Position numbers and translations under genes: made by a program
Origin: Candidatus Dojkabacteria bacterium HGW-Dojkabacteria-1
GTDB taxonomy: Bacteria > Patescibacteriota > Dojkabacteria > SC72
Reading direction: 5' to 3'
Assembly (NCBI GenBank): GCA_002840365.1
Contig: PHAO01000001.1
Span: forward strand, 588,360-652,359
Length of the DNA stretch: 64,000 nt
Notes under the pieces: generated by a model
What the model saw: only the letters and a program-made list of their open reading frames with translations
What the model was told of the DNA's origin: nothing
The model's database searches: none
Part shown: positions 54,803 through 64,000 of the stretch, piece after piece
Position numbering within the stretch: the first letter of the stretch is position 1
Layout: each line of letters begins with the position of its first letter

Positions 54803-56635
54803 ATGAGATTAAACATATTAAAAATATTCCTCTTTTTAACAATCTTTAGCCTAAGCTATGGAATTGTCAGTGCACAATCCTACGATTTTTCAATATCAAA
54901 CAACACAACAATTCAATATACAACAGGAGATGAACATGTAACTGTTAAAACAGAATATATTAGAGAAGTAAGAAATAGCTCATATTACTACTCTACTCAA
55001 GGAGAAAAAGTTTTTCATATTCCTGATTTACCTAAAGCAAAACAGTATGAATTGGAATTGGAGAGACAATACAAGAGAGATTCTCTTAAGGTAACAGATA
55101 GCAATGGGAGGAGTATCTCATACTCTGTAGAAGAGTTGAATTTCGGAGAAGGTATATATGTAAAGGTTCCTAATTACAAACAAACAACATATGGTAATCC
55201 TTACAAAATATTTGTTGAATACAAGACTCATGATTTAGTAAAAAAGATTTACAATCATGTGGTTCTCATTGCTCCAGCTTTACATGAAGATACAGAGTTT
55301 CAACAGGTTGATAGCTCAAGTGGAACAAGAACATCTTTTTCATATGATTTAAAAGTCATAGTAGACAAGAATATTTCGGATATTGTTAAAGTCTTTCCTA
55401 CAAAATATACAACTCAAGAAGGAAAAGATACCACAATATATTCCTTCAGTTCACAAGAGAGGATTGGTAATTCTCCATATTTAGAATTTGGTACAAGTCA
55501 AATTTACAGATTTGAGTTAAGATACAAAACACCAAAAACAGATACTATTATTCCAGAGAAGTATTCCTCTATGCTTAAAGCTCTCTCAACCAATATATAT
55601 GAACTTTCTTTACCAAGAGAATTTGAAGAAACAAGTCAGAGAGTAAAAATAGAGGGTATATTTCCACAACCGAGTCAAATATACAAAGATATAGAGGGGA
55701 ATATATTAGCTAAGTTCGAAGTACCTGCAAACAAAAGCAGTGAGATATTCATTACAGGGTATATCTTTGTACAACAGGATACATTACAAAACCAAAGAGT
55801 CATACCTGATTTTCCATTAGCAGAGTATTTTGACCTCATATCAAAGGACAATGGTCTTAAGAAATACCTTACTCATACAAAATACTGGGAGGTGAATGAT
55901 TCATATGTTCAGCAAGAAGCTAACAAGATGCTTACAGAGAGTAAAACCTTTTTGGAACTTGTTAAGAATGATTACAAATATATAAATGACAGGCTTGAAT
56001 ATGATGAGAGTAAAGCAAACAGTGATAACGAAAGAATAGGAGCAAAAGCAGCATTAATGGGAGGTGGCTCTGTTTGTATGGAATATGCAGACTCTATGAT
56101 AGCAATACTAAGAGCACAAGGTATCCCCGCAAGGGCAGCATTAGGTTATTCAAACTTAAATACCCTTTCTAAAACTAATGAAGAAGGAAGTACAAGGCAT
56201 CAATGGGTACATATCTGGGTTCCTGGCTACGGCTGGTTGAGTGTAGATCCAACATATGAGAGTAACAATATGCTAATTGGACAAAATATAGAGAAAATAT
56301 TGTGGGAGACCTTTTACAATGAGGAATTGAGTAATATAAAGATATATTCTGCGGATAGAACAAGTAGTACAGACTTCTCTGACTATTCAGTTAAAGTCTT
56401 TGCAGTTTACGAAGTACCAAATATTGAAGAACTATTAGATTATTCAGATATACAATCTGTTCAAGAAAAGAATATTACTGCTATCGATACACTTAATACT
56501 TTTGTAAAAACAACAGCACTGGGGAAATCATTAGTAATATTACTACCTATCCTCTCAATCCTACTTGTCTTGGTTCTCGCTCTCTCTTTTGTTACTTACA
56601 GTATTAGGAGACTTAAATCTCGTAAAGTTTCTTAA
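54803..56635 (+). CDS. Transglutaminase-like (cysteine-protease-fold) domain surface protein with N-terminal signal and C-terminal TM anchor
   Basis: Signal peptide. Transglutaminase core GGGSVCMEYADSMIAILRAQGIPARAALGY (catalytic Cys), followed by His/Asp. C-terminal TM LVILLPILSILLVLVLALSFV. Confidence 0.6.
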   Translation: MRLNILKIFLFLTIFSLSYGIVSAQSYDFSISNNTTIQYTTGDEHVTVKTEYIREVRNSSYYYSTQGEKVFHIPDLPKAKQYELELERQYKRDSLKVTDSNGRSISYSVEELNFGEGIYVKVPNYKQTTYGNPYKIFVEYKTHDLVKKIYNHVVLIAPALHEDTEFQQVDSSSGTRTSFSYDLKVIVDKNISDIVKVFPTKYTTQEGKDTTIYSFSSQERIGNSPYLEFGTSQIYRFELRYKTPKTDTIIPEKYSSMLKALSTNIYELSLPREFEETSQRVKIEGIFPQPSQIYKDIEGNILAKFEVPANKSSEIFITGYIFVQQDTLQNQRVIPDFPLAEYFDLISKDNGLKKYLTHTKYWEVNDSYVQQEANKMLTESKTFLELVKNDYKYINDRLEYDESKANSDNERIGAKAALMGGGSVCMEYADSMIAILRAQGIPARAALGYSNLNTLSKTNEEGSTRHQWVHIWVPGYGWLSVDPTYESNNMLIGQNIEKILWETFYNEELSNIKIYSADRTSSTDFSDYSVKVFAVYEVPNIEELLDYSDIQSVQEKNITAIDTLNTFVKTTALGKSLVILLPILSILLVLVLALSFVTYSIRRLKSRKVS

Positions 56636-58121
56636 TATTAATTGCCTTAACACCATCCTCCATCCTATCTTGCGTAGTTGCATAAAGGGTCATCAATGTT
56701 TCTCCTTTCTTTACCTTATCCCCTGGCATTTTCTCAATATATATACCTGCATCCTTAATCTTTGGAGTTCCAAGAGCTCTTGCTATCTCTACTATCTCTC
56801 TCGTACATAAGTATTTAATCTCAAAATCCTTAGGAGCTTTTACTTCATATGTCAATTCTCCAGGTATTAATTCTTCTGATTTAACAACCTTCTTTGCTCC
56901 TTGTGCTTTGGCTATTTCCCAAAATTTCTCAAGTGCCATTCCAGAATCCAATAGTTCTTGAGCAACTTTTCTACCCTCCCCCTTCTTTGCCTTATCATTA
57001 TGTTCAAAGATTTCTGCTGCCATACCAAGAACGACCTCTTCCATACCCTGTGGACGTTTCTCACTTCTTTCTAAAACTCTCAAACAATCTCTCATTTCTA
57101 ATACAGGACCAACACCATTACCATCTGGTCCTTTCACAACTCTTTTGAAAGTTACACACTTTATACCAAACTGAGCAAAGAGTTTCTCAAACTCTCTTAC
57201 TAAAAATTCTAAATCATCGGGTCTCTCCAATTTAGTTCCTTTACCATATGGAAGATCAATTAATACTGATGTCACTCCAACAGCTATCTTCTTAGCAACA
57301 ATACTTACTAGTACCTTCTGAAATTCTTGAATCTTTAAAGATCTCTCTACATTGATAATCTCATCATCCGCAGGGGCTAAATACAATGAACCTCCCCATA
57401 TCATACATGCTCCAGTACTCTCAACAACCTTGTATACTTTCTTTTTAGGTAAAGCTACAGGCATTACAGTCTCTAATATGTCTGTTGTACCAGCTGGAGA
57501 TGTAATTGCCCTTGTGGAACTATTAGGTACTACAAGGTCGTTAGCTGCTAAGATTGGAACAAGTATAGGGGTTATACCTTTACCTGCGGTACCACCGATG
57601 GAATGTTTATCTACTACTAAGTCTTTGTTGTTTTTGATGAATTTAAAATCTAATATATCTCCCGATTCGGCCATACCCTTGGTCATCCATCGTATTTCAT
57701 CTTCGTTAAAACCGGGGTTAAAAAATGTAGAAACAAAAAATGCTACTTCAGTCTCTTTAAGCTTTCTAGATCCAATATCTACCATAATTGAGAGGAGTTC
57801 TTCCTCGTTTAGCCTCTGACCTGACATCTTTTTCTTGATAGCTTCAAGTGATTTACTTGATTTAGGTAAATCTATGAGTACCTTGGCATGCTCAGGTATA
57901 TGATATTCATCAGGAATTTCCTCATACAGACCCACTTCTCCTACACTTACCTTGGTATCTGTTATTATAACTTTTACGTAAAGCTCAATATCCCTATATC
58001 CAAGCAAAACTATCTCCCCTTCATGTATACCAAGGTCATCAGCATCCTTCTGATGGACGATTATGAATAGATCTTTACCTGCTCCTAGGTCAATTTTTTT
58101 ACTCTTAAGGTATAGGGCCAT
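56613..58121 (-). CDS. AMP phosphorylase / thymidine phosphorylase family (archaeal-type DeoA with ~85-aa N-terminal domain)
   Basis: The glycosyl-transferase family 3 region DKHSIGGTAGKGITPILVPILAANDLVVPNSSTRAITSPAGTTDILE is present. At 502 aa with an extra N-terminal domain, it resembles archaeal AMP phosphorylase. Confidence 0.7.
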   Translation of the reverse strand: MALYLKSKKIDLGAGKDLFIIVHQKDADDLGIHEGEIVLLGYRDIELYVKVIITDTKVSVGEVGLYEEIPDEYHIPEHAKVLIDLPKSSKSLEAIKKKMSGQRLNEEELLSIMVDIGSRKLKETEVAFFVSTFFNPGFNEDEIRWMTKGMAESGDILDFKFIKNNKDLVVDKHSIGGTAGKGITPILVPILAANDLVVPNSSTRAITSPAGTTDILETVMPVALPKKKVYKVVESTGACMIWGGSLYLAPADDEIINVERSLKIQEFQKVLVSIVAKKIAVGVTSVLIDLPYGKGTKLERPDDLEFLVREFEKLFAQFGIKCVTFKRVVKGPDGNGVGPVLEMRDCLRVLERSEKRPQGMEEVVLGMAAEIFEHNDKAKKGEGRKVAQELLDSGMALEKFWEIAKAQGAKKVVKSEELIPGELTYEVKAPKDFEIKYLCTREIVEIARALGTPKIKDAGIYIEKMPGDKVKKGETLMTLYATTQDRMEDGVKAINIKKLYEI

Positions 58122-58139
58122 ATTTCTGTACTATTTAAT

Positions 58140-59084
58140 TTAAGACTCGAAAAGCCATGAGTATTTTGCTCTAACTACATCTGCTATTTCTTTAGGTTTT
58201 AATATACCAAATTCGGTCAAGAAACCTGTAATGAGATAATTGTCTACAATCTCAAAAGCAGGATTGTATATTTGTAGTTCCTTTGGTGCGTCATGCCACA
58301 ACTCCCTATCTTCTCTTACTTCAATAGTTAGTTCGTCTACTCCGATAACAGGATCTACCTTTAAAAGTGGTGAAACAACATAAAGAGGTTTACTCGCATG
58401 ATACGAAGACATACCAATACCCCAACTCCCTATCTTGTTTATACAGTGTCCTTTCATCGTGATTTGATCACACCCAATAAAGACACCATCTATTGGTACA
58501 GAACCCCTGCCAATTACAAAAGACTCGGCTGCACTATCTGCTATCAAAGTAGTAGATATTCCCCCTTCTAAAAGGCTTTTTGCAGTCTTGTGCCCTTGAA
58601 ATAGAGGTCTAGTTTCAGTACAAACAGCATCAAATGAGTCTTTTCCTTGCGCAATTCCTTTTATAACAGCAACAGCGGTAGAAGAGTGACAATGGGTTAG
58701 TATATTTTCTAAAAATCTAACATGAGGAACACAATTTTCTATTATTGCTCTCTTACTATCAGAAATCATAAAGAGATAGTTATCACAGTAATCCTCAAGT
58801 GTCTGTTTCATACCATCAATAGTATGTAAATCAGAGACCTTCTTTTTGTACATATGTTCTACAAATCTAACACCATTTCTAGCTAAAGGCTCATTCAATC
58901 TTGCATTCGCCAATCTATTACCTACTTCTACCAAATCTTTGTAAAACACGTCCAAATCAGTAACTTCTGATTCTTCTATGAAAGTCTTCATTCCTTCGAG
59001 AGTTGCGATAGCAACATTAGTAGCACCCTGGATGTTCAAGTCTTTTATATCTTTTTCTATTTCTAATATCTTTTTTACTTCCAT
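58140..59084 (-). CDS. Ribose-1,5-bisphosphate isomerase (eIF-2B alpha/beta/delta-like family, e2b2)
   Basis: The eIF2B/MtnA-family N-terminus IQGATNVAIA and the C-terminal segment GCDQITMKGHCINKIGSWGIGMSSYHASKPLYVV both match the family. Adjacent to the AMP phosphorylase. Confidence 0.6.
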   Translation of the reverse strand: MEVKKILEIEKDIKDLNIQGATNVAIATLEGMKTFIEESEVTDLDVFYKDLVEVGNRLANARLNEPLARNGVRFVEHMYKKKVSDLHTIDGMKQTLEDYCDNYLFMISDSKRAIIENCVPHVRFLENILTHCHSSTAVAVIKGIAQGKDSFDAVCTETRPLFQGHKTAKSLLEGGISTTLIADSAAESFVIGRGSVPIDGVFIGCDQITMKGHCINKIGSWGIGMSSYHASKPLYVVSPLLKVDPVIGVDELTIEVREDRELWHDAPKELQIYNPAFEIVDNYLITGFLTEFGILKPKEIADVVRAKYSWLFES

Positions 59085-60511
59085 TACTTCAATTCGAATT
59101 CTTCATTTAACTTAGGTACATCAGTCTCTATATTTAACTCTGTTTTAACATTAGTTGCAAAACCAATAGCTATTTCTTCATCTGCATGGGTAACAAATAT
59201 CTTTTTAGGTGTATGACCAAAACCTCTTAGCCAATATCTCAAGTCTCTTTGGTCAGCATGTGCAGAAAATCCTCCTAATGTGTGTATCTGACCTCTAACT
59301 TCTACATCCTGGTTCATAACTCGGACATTCTTTTCTCCATTTACCAATCTTCTACCCAATGTCCCATCTACTTGGTACCCAACAAAAATCATATGTGTAT
59401 TAGGTTTAGATATATGATTCTTTATATGATGCACAATCCTTCCTCCAGTACACATTCCACTTCCAGCAATAATGACCACCCCACTCTTGTTGATCAGTCT
59501 CTTAGACTCTTCTGCAGATTCAATTGTATGTAACCCTGGGAAATTGAATGGATCATCTCCCTTATCCAATAACCTTCTAGCATCTTCATCATAGAAGGTG
59601 GGATACTGTCTAAACACAGCAGTAGCCTTTGATGCCATAGGGCTATCTAAGTAAATAGGGATTGGATCTAAGAGCTTGTTTTCAACAAAAAGGTTAATTT
59701 CATACAAAAGCTCTTGAGTTCTCTCAATTGCAAATGAAGGTATGAGGATATTGCCACCCTCCTCTTGAGCCTGCTTCAAGATAGAGAGTAATTCTAATAC
59801 AGTTTCATCTTTATTTTTATGTAATCTGTTACCATATGTAGCCTCACAAATAACATAGTCTGCTTCTCTTACCATGTCTGGATCTCTAATTATTCTTGCA
59901 CCTGGTTGTCCTAAGTCCCCAGAGAAAACAATCTTTCTCTCTCTACCAGCTTCTGTTGTAACCCAAAACTCAACCATTGCAGAACCTAAAATATGACCCG
60001 CATCTCTTAATCTAAATTCTACTCCATTGTGTAAGTCTACTGATGCTCCATATGGATATACTTCAAAGAGTCTAAACATTTCTTCTACATCCTCTTCTGA
60101 AAAGAGAGGTTTTCTTTGTTCATACAGAGTACCTTCTGAACTTGCATCCCTGTATTGCCCTACCTCCTTTCCTTTTACAGACCATCTCTCATATGACTCT
60201 TGTTGGAGTTTTGCAGCATCTAATAGGACTATCATTGCCAAGTCTCTAGTAGGTTGTGTAGATATTATCCTTCCTCTAAAACCTTGCTTTACAAGTATCG
60301 GTATCCTCCCACAGTGATCAAAGTGTGCATGAGTAAGAAATATTGCATCTATTTCAGTAGGATTGAATGGAAATGGTTCGTAATTAAGTTTCTCAATATC
60401 ATCCTTTCCTTGAAATGCACCACAATCAACTAAGAATTTGAACTTTCCAGTATCAATATATGAACATGACCCTGTAACTGTTCTTGTCGCACCACAAAAT
60501 TTAATATTCAT
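59084..60511 (-). CDS. Beta-CASP metallo-beta-lactamase ribonuclease (RNase J / CPSF-like)
   Basis: Motif LTHAHFDHCG (HxHxDH). Downstream beta-CASP and RMMBL regions. Length 475 aa. Confidence 0.7.
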   Translation of the reverse strand: MNIKFCGATRTVTGSCSYIDTGKFKFLVDCGAFQGKDDIEKLNYEPFPFNPTEIDAIFLTHAHFDHCGRIPILVKQGFRGRIISTQPTRDLAMIVLLDAAKLQQESYERWSVKGKEVGQYRDASSEGTLYEQRKPLFSEEDVEEMFRLFEVYPYGASVDLHNGVEFRLRDAGHILGSAMVEFWVTTEAGRERKIVFSGDLGQPGARIIRDPDMVREADYVICEATYGNRLHKNKDETVLELLSILKQAQEEGGNILIPSFAIERTQELLYEINLFVENKLLDPIPIYLDSPMASKATAVFRQYPTFYDEDARRLLDKGDDPFNFPGLHTIESAEESKRLINKSGVVIIAGSGMCTGGRIVHHIKNHISKPNTHMIFVGYQVDGTLGRRLVNGEKNVRVMNQDVEVRGQIHTLGGFSAHADQRDLRYWLRGFGHTPKKIFVTHADEEIAIGFATNVKTELNIETDVPKLNEEFELK

Positions 60512-60546
60512 CTCGGGCAGTAGAATTAAAATAATATATTTAGATA

Positions 60547-61962
60547 TTACAGCATACGCCTTGCTTCCTCCAAGAGTTTTTCTTTCGTATTCAAAAGAGG
60601 ATCTTCAATAACCATATCTAAGAGCTTGTTTAGTATATCTCCCATTTTCTTACCAGGCTCTACCCCAATACTCTTCAAATCTTCCCCATTGATATCTAAG
60701 TCTGTAATTTTTAATGCCATATCCTCTTGTCTTACTTTAGAGATATGTTTTTGTAATTCAGTTATTTCTTCTGGTTTAAATGCTGTATTTGGGTTTGAGG
60801 AAGCATCAGCAATTCGTAATTTAAACAAATCTTCTACATTCTCTTCACCAACCCTCTTTAAAAATCTTCTTACTGCAGAATCACTCCATTGAGTTAACAT
60901 CAACTTATCCATCTTCTCTCTATCTACTTCGCCTTCTGTATGAGGATAGTAGAACATATGATTTCTAACAAGAGCTTTTGTTCTCTCAATTTCAGTTTTA
61001 GAAAATTTCAATCTCTTCATTATCTCCTCAACCATTTGAGTCCCTACACTGTCATGACCATAGAAATGGCCATTGCCCATATCAGTTCTTGGCTTAGCAA
61101 TATCATGAAATAGAGCAGCCAACTTTACACTATCCTCTGCAGCATCACATGTTCTTAGACTATGCCAATATACATCATGAGAATGGTACAACTTTTGCTC
61201 TACCCCATATCCTTCGAGAAGTTCAGGTAGGAATATATTAAGCAAACCAGTTTGTCTCATTAACTCTATACCCTTTGAAGGTTTAGGAGAATTAAGAAGT
61301 AATTTCATAAATTCATCCCGTATTCTTTCCATAGAGACCTGTTTTGCAACAGGAATAGATTGTTTAATTGCTTCAAATGTTTCTTCTTCGATTTCAAAAT
61401 CCAATTGAGATGCCAACCTACATGCTTTAAATGCTCTTAAACCATCCTCCTTAAATCTTTCTATAGGAGTACCAACAGCCCTAATTAATTTAAGATTAAT
61501 ATCTGTAATACCTCCGAATGGGTCTTGTATCTCCCACTCCTGCTCAACATCCTCTTCTAAATTTCCACTTGAAAGATCTAAAGCCATAGCATTTATAGTG
61601 AAATCTCTCCTACCCAAATCTTGATTTAGGTCATTTACAAACTCAACCTTACTTGGCCATCTACCATCAATATAGTCAGATTCACTTCTAAAAGTTGTTA
61701 CTTCCACTTGTTTGTTCTCCCCTTCCAAGTCTGGAACCAAAGCTAGTACAGTACCAAATTTTGCGCCAGTTGAAACTGATTTAGGAAAAATTTCTAACAT
61801 CTCATCTGGCAAAGCATCAGTTGCCAAATCGTAATCATGAGGAACCTTCCCCATGACAATATCTCTTAGTGCACCACCAACAAGATATACCTCATATCCC
61901 TCTTTTGTTAGCATTCTTCCTACTTTTAATACATAGGAAGGTATTTTGTATCGTATTCTCAT
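60547..61962 (-). CDS. cca: CCA-adding tRNA nucleotidyltransferase with HD domain
   Basis: Polymerase-beta head LVGGALRD...DYDLAT. HD motif in the C-terminal half. Length 471 aa. Confidence 0.75.
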   Translation of the reverse strand: MRIRYKIPSYVLKVGRMLTKEGYEVYLVGGALRDIVMGKVPHDYDLATDALPDEMLEIFPKSVSTGAKFGTVLALVPDLEGENKQVEVTTFRSESDYIDGRWPSKVEFVNDLNQDLGRRDFTINAMALDLSSGNLEEDVEQEWEIQDPFGGITDINLKLIRAVGTPIERFKEDGLRAFKACRLASQLDFEIEEETFEAIKQSIPVAKQVSMERIRDEFMKLLLNSPKPSKGIELMRQTGLLNIFLPELLEGYGVEQKLYHSHDVYWHSLRTCDAAEDSVKLAALFHDIAKPRTDMGNGHFYGHDSVGTQMVEEIMKRLKFSKTEIERTKALVRNHMFYYPHTEGEVDREKMDKLMLTQWSDSAVRRFLKRVGEENVEDLFKLRIADASSNPNTAFKPEEITELQKHISKVRQEDMALKITDLDINGEDLKSIGVEPGKKMGDILNKLLDMVIEDPLLNTKEKLLEEARRML

Positions 61963-63119
61963 CTTTGTATTTTCCTTTTATGATAGTACCAAACTACAAC
62001 TACAACAACAAGGAAAAGAAATATTGGTATATATAGAAATGGATAATTAGTTTGAGGAAGTTTTGATATTCCAAGTACCTCAGAATTAGAAATTTCCGCT
62101 AAACCATCCTCTACAATTTCTTCCTCCACCTCATTCATATATATCATCTCAGAAGAATGAATGGCATACGGAGTTCTCGTTATACAAAATGCCTCACTCC
62201 ACGGCTTCACACGAGAACCGATATAGTTGAAACCCTCACCTCTTACACCAGACATTGGTGCTGAATCACCAATAAAGTAGGATTCAAGATGCTCTCCAAG
62301 AGAAGTGCATTCCTTTCTAGAGTTAGGGTTGTATATTGTTGCATATCCAAAGCTTCCAATATCTTCAAAAGGTAATTCATATTCATATACATATTCCTGA
62401 TTAGGTTGAAAATCTCTTTTAAAGAAATATTGCCCATGACTAAAAACAATATCCTTTTCTAAAATATTCGTTATGTTTCTTACAAAAATTTTCATATTTA
62501 CCACATCCTCACTCACAGAGGCTTCCCATTTATCAAAAACAATTGGAGACTTAACCATAATGGTATCTAAAACGAAAACACCACTAGCATCATTATTAAC
62601 CATCCCTAAACCATCGTAACTTTTAAAATACCCTCCTCTAGGATAAATCCAAGTAAAAATTTGTAAGTGAGTACTCTCATATATGCCTGTAATATCTAAT
62701 ACATTCCTCAAATCCCCCTGAGATGAATAATATCTTGTTAGATACACCTTTATTTCATCAATCTCTACGCTATGGCCCGTACTATTTTTGTACCAATATA
62801 TGAAATCAACATGTGTATATGGGGGAACTGATAAGGAAGCATATAGATTTGGATTACGAATAAGGGCATAGCTTGGGTCAATACTAGTAATATCTGAAAT
62901 GGAAGTATTACTCAATAGGTATTGTGTATCTTGCCCAACAACAGAGTCATACTCAATACAATTAGGACAATCTCCTTTTTTAGGCAAACTTCCTACTCCA
63001 AAACCTAAAGTATCAAAGAACTGATTCTCGGACAAATCTCCACTAGAGGTAAAACCATCAGCAAATATGTAACTTGGGAATAGAAAACAAAGGAATATTA
63101 GAAAAGCTTTTTTAAGCAT
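61959..63119 (-). CDS. Secreted surface protein with C-terminal cell-wall sorting signal LPQTN + TM + basic tail (putative sortase substrate)
   Basis: N-terminal signal peptide MLKKAFLIFLCFLFPSYIFA. The C-terminus reads ...SKLPQTNYPFLYIPIFLFLVVVVVVWYYHKRKIQR. Confidence 0.6.
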   Translation of the reverse strand: MLKKAFLIFLCFLFPSYIFADGFTSSGDLSENQFFDTLGFGVGSLPKKGDCPNCIEYDSVVGQDTQYLLSNTSISDITSIDPSYALIRNPNLYASLSVPPYTHVDFIYWYKNSTGHSVEIDEIKVYLTRYYSSQGDLRNVLDITGIYESTHLQIFTWIYPRGGYFKSYDGLGMVNNDASGVFVLDTIMVKSPIVFDKWEASVSEDVVNMKIFVRNITNILEKDIVFSHGQYFFKRDFQPNQEYVYEYELPFEDIGSFGYATIYNPNSRKECTSLGEHLESYFIGDSAPMSGVRGEGFNYIGSRVKPWSEAFCITRTPYAIHSSEMIYMNEVEEEIVEDGLAEISNSEVLGISKLPQTNYPFLYIPIFLFLVVVVVVWYYHKRKIQR

Positions 63120-63180
63120 ACAGTATCTATTAAATTTAGATACTTAAGCTTAAGGAAATAAAATTACAAAGTACTTACTT

Positions 63181-64000
63181 TTAGCTATTCCACTTTGCTC
63201 TGTCTTTCTTGTCCAACTCAACTGCCTTTTGCAAGATACCAAAGAGTAATACAACACCCATTAATATAGACATTATCAAAAAGGCAATATCATACTGAGA
63301 AATATAGTAACCTACTACATTGTAATACTTCACTGGTGCAAGATACATATATATAGTAATGAATACTCCAAGTATTCTCATCTCTGTTGGTCCAATCAAT
63401 CCGAAAGAGTATTTGAATTTGTTTTGTATAAAAGTAACCAACTCTACATGTATCATTAAGGCCATATACATAATTGCAAATAGTAATGCTAAATCTATTC
63501 TTACAAAACCAGAAATACCAAGTCCCAAAGAAAAAATTATTACAGCTATTGCATCTACCATATGATCTATATAGTAGCCATAGTTAGGTCTTGTTTTCTT
63601 TCTGTATCTTGCCAAACTTCCATCAAAGGAGTCTCCAAACCAATGAAGAAACAACCCAACAACAACAAGTAGTAGATATATTCTGTCTTGGAAACCCAAA
63701 ATGAAACCAAATGCTACAAGTATAATTGCAAAGACTCCAAGTGCTGTTAGATGATCAGAATTAATCCATTTCGGTATTCTTGGACATACCCACTCCTTTA
63801 TCCTCTCCTCTGGGTATGCAGTAATTCCTGTATTAATAGCATCTTGCTTGTCTCTTTTGTATTCTACCTTTAACTTCTGAACAATATCCCTTACATCAAT
63901 ATCAAAATTCTTGTTTAACTCCTGTACTAAATTCTCTACAAATTCATCAAAATAGTGTCTTTCGAATATATTAAAGCCATTAAAAAGCTCTTTCTCCTTA
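63181..64000 (-). CDS. CDP-alcohol phosphatidyltransferase-family protein; the 5' end lies beyond the window end and the N-terminal soluble extension is of unknown function
   Basis: Motif DSFDGSLARYRK...G...D (the D-x2-D-G-x2-A-R signature). The frame stays open upstream of the tool's TTG at 63699 all the way to base 64000, with no ATG in the window. Confidence 0.6.
   Translation of the reverse strand, partial: KEKELFNGFNIFERHYFDEFVENLVQELNKNFDIDVRDIVQKLKVEYKRDKQDAINTGITAYPEERIKEWVCPRIPKWINSDHLTALGVFAIILVAFGFILGFQDRIYLLLVVVGLFLHWFGDSFDGSLARYRKKTRPNYGYYIDHMVDAIAVIIFSLGLGISGFVRIDLALLFAIMYMALMIHVELVTFIQNKFKYSFGLIGPTEMRILGVFITIYMYLAPVKYYNVVGYYISQYDIAFLIMSILMGVVLLFGILQKAVELDKKDRAKWNS

Noticed and set aside
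56613-59084. RuBisCO large subunit near the AMP phosphorylase/R15P isomerase pair
   Set aside because: Neighbouring ORFs are an RNase J-like nuclease, CCA-adding enzyme and a transglutaminase-like protein. No RuBisCO signature (e.g. GGLDFTKDDE) was found in the window.

Overview
This 64 kb window is a low-GC (roughly 33-35% by eye) bacterial chromosomal segment with compact, often overlapping genes and the standard genetic code. The gene content looks like a Candidate Phyla Radiation / Patescibacteria-type genome: a Gram-positive-like envelope toolkit (sortase, FemAB, LCP, Lgt/LspA, M15 peptidase), type IV pilus ATPases, a TraD/VirD4-like ATPase, and the archaeal-type AMP phosphorylase plus ribose-1,5-bisphosphate isomerase salvage pair. 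This placement is an inference from gene content only.

Core genes I can support are listed here.
- 1-4915 (minus strand): pilC (3' end cut by the window edge), pilT with a 190-aa low-complexity N-terminal extension, pilB, then a FemAB-family gene.
- 4943-10890: holB, gyrB, a small unknown ORF, and gyrA with an ~80-aa insertion.
- 29941-32867 (minus): ruvB, ruvA, ruvC, yebC.
- 36672-38803 (minus): rluD-like, lspA, lgt.
- 39621-41061: tRNA-Leu(CAA) and dnaB.
- 43442-47371: hsp20 (with a CIRCE-like operator upstream), GH18 hydrolase, rpmE, prfA, prmC.
- 47354-49748 (minus): htrA and ctpA.
- 52271-54709 (minus): rpsR, ssb, rpsF, ychF.
- 54803-64000: transglutaminase-like protein, AMP phosphorylase, R15P isomerase, beta-CASP RNase J-like nuclease, CCA-adding enzyme, an LPQTN sorting-signal protein, and a CDP-alcohol phosphatidyltransferase that runs past the window end.

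The accessory region is about 11.5-29.1 kb. In order it holds an M15 peptidase, an HExxH protein, a sortase followed by a tiny secreted peptide ending in a sorting-signal-like tail, then three near-identical promoters that each carry a CCC(T)ATAGTA element just upstream of the -35 box. Next come a ~0.6 kb segment of ~55-60% GC encoding a secreted cysteine-rich protein with GC-rich third codon positions (probable recent horizontal acquisition), a membrane GT-C-like protein, and a GT4-GT2 fusion glycosyltransferase. The region ends with a 1739-aa giant protein (no signal peptide, internal tandem repeat, coiled coil, two glycine-zipper hydrophobic regions) flanked by two small acidic helical proteins, beside a tyrosine recombinase carrying two insertions and a 460-bp AT-rich intergenic gap.

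I found no CRISPR array, rRNA or IS transposase. The most likely candidate for an undescribed system is the giant protein, its acidic partners and the integrase module. The promoter-motif-linked secreted-protein/sortase cassette is the second candidate.
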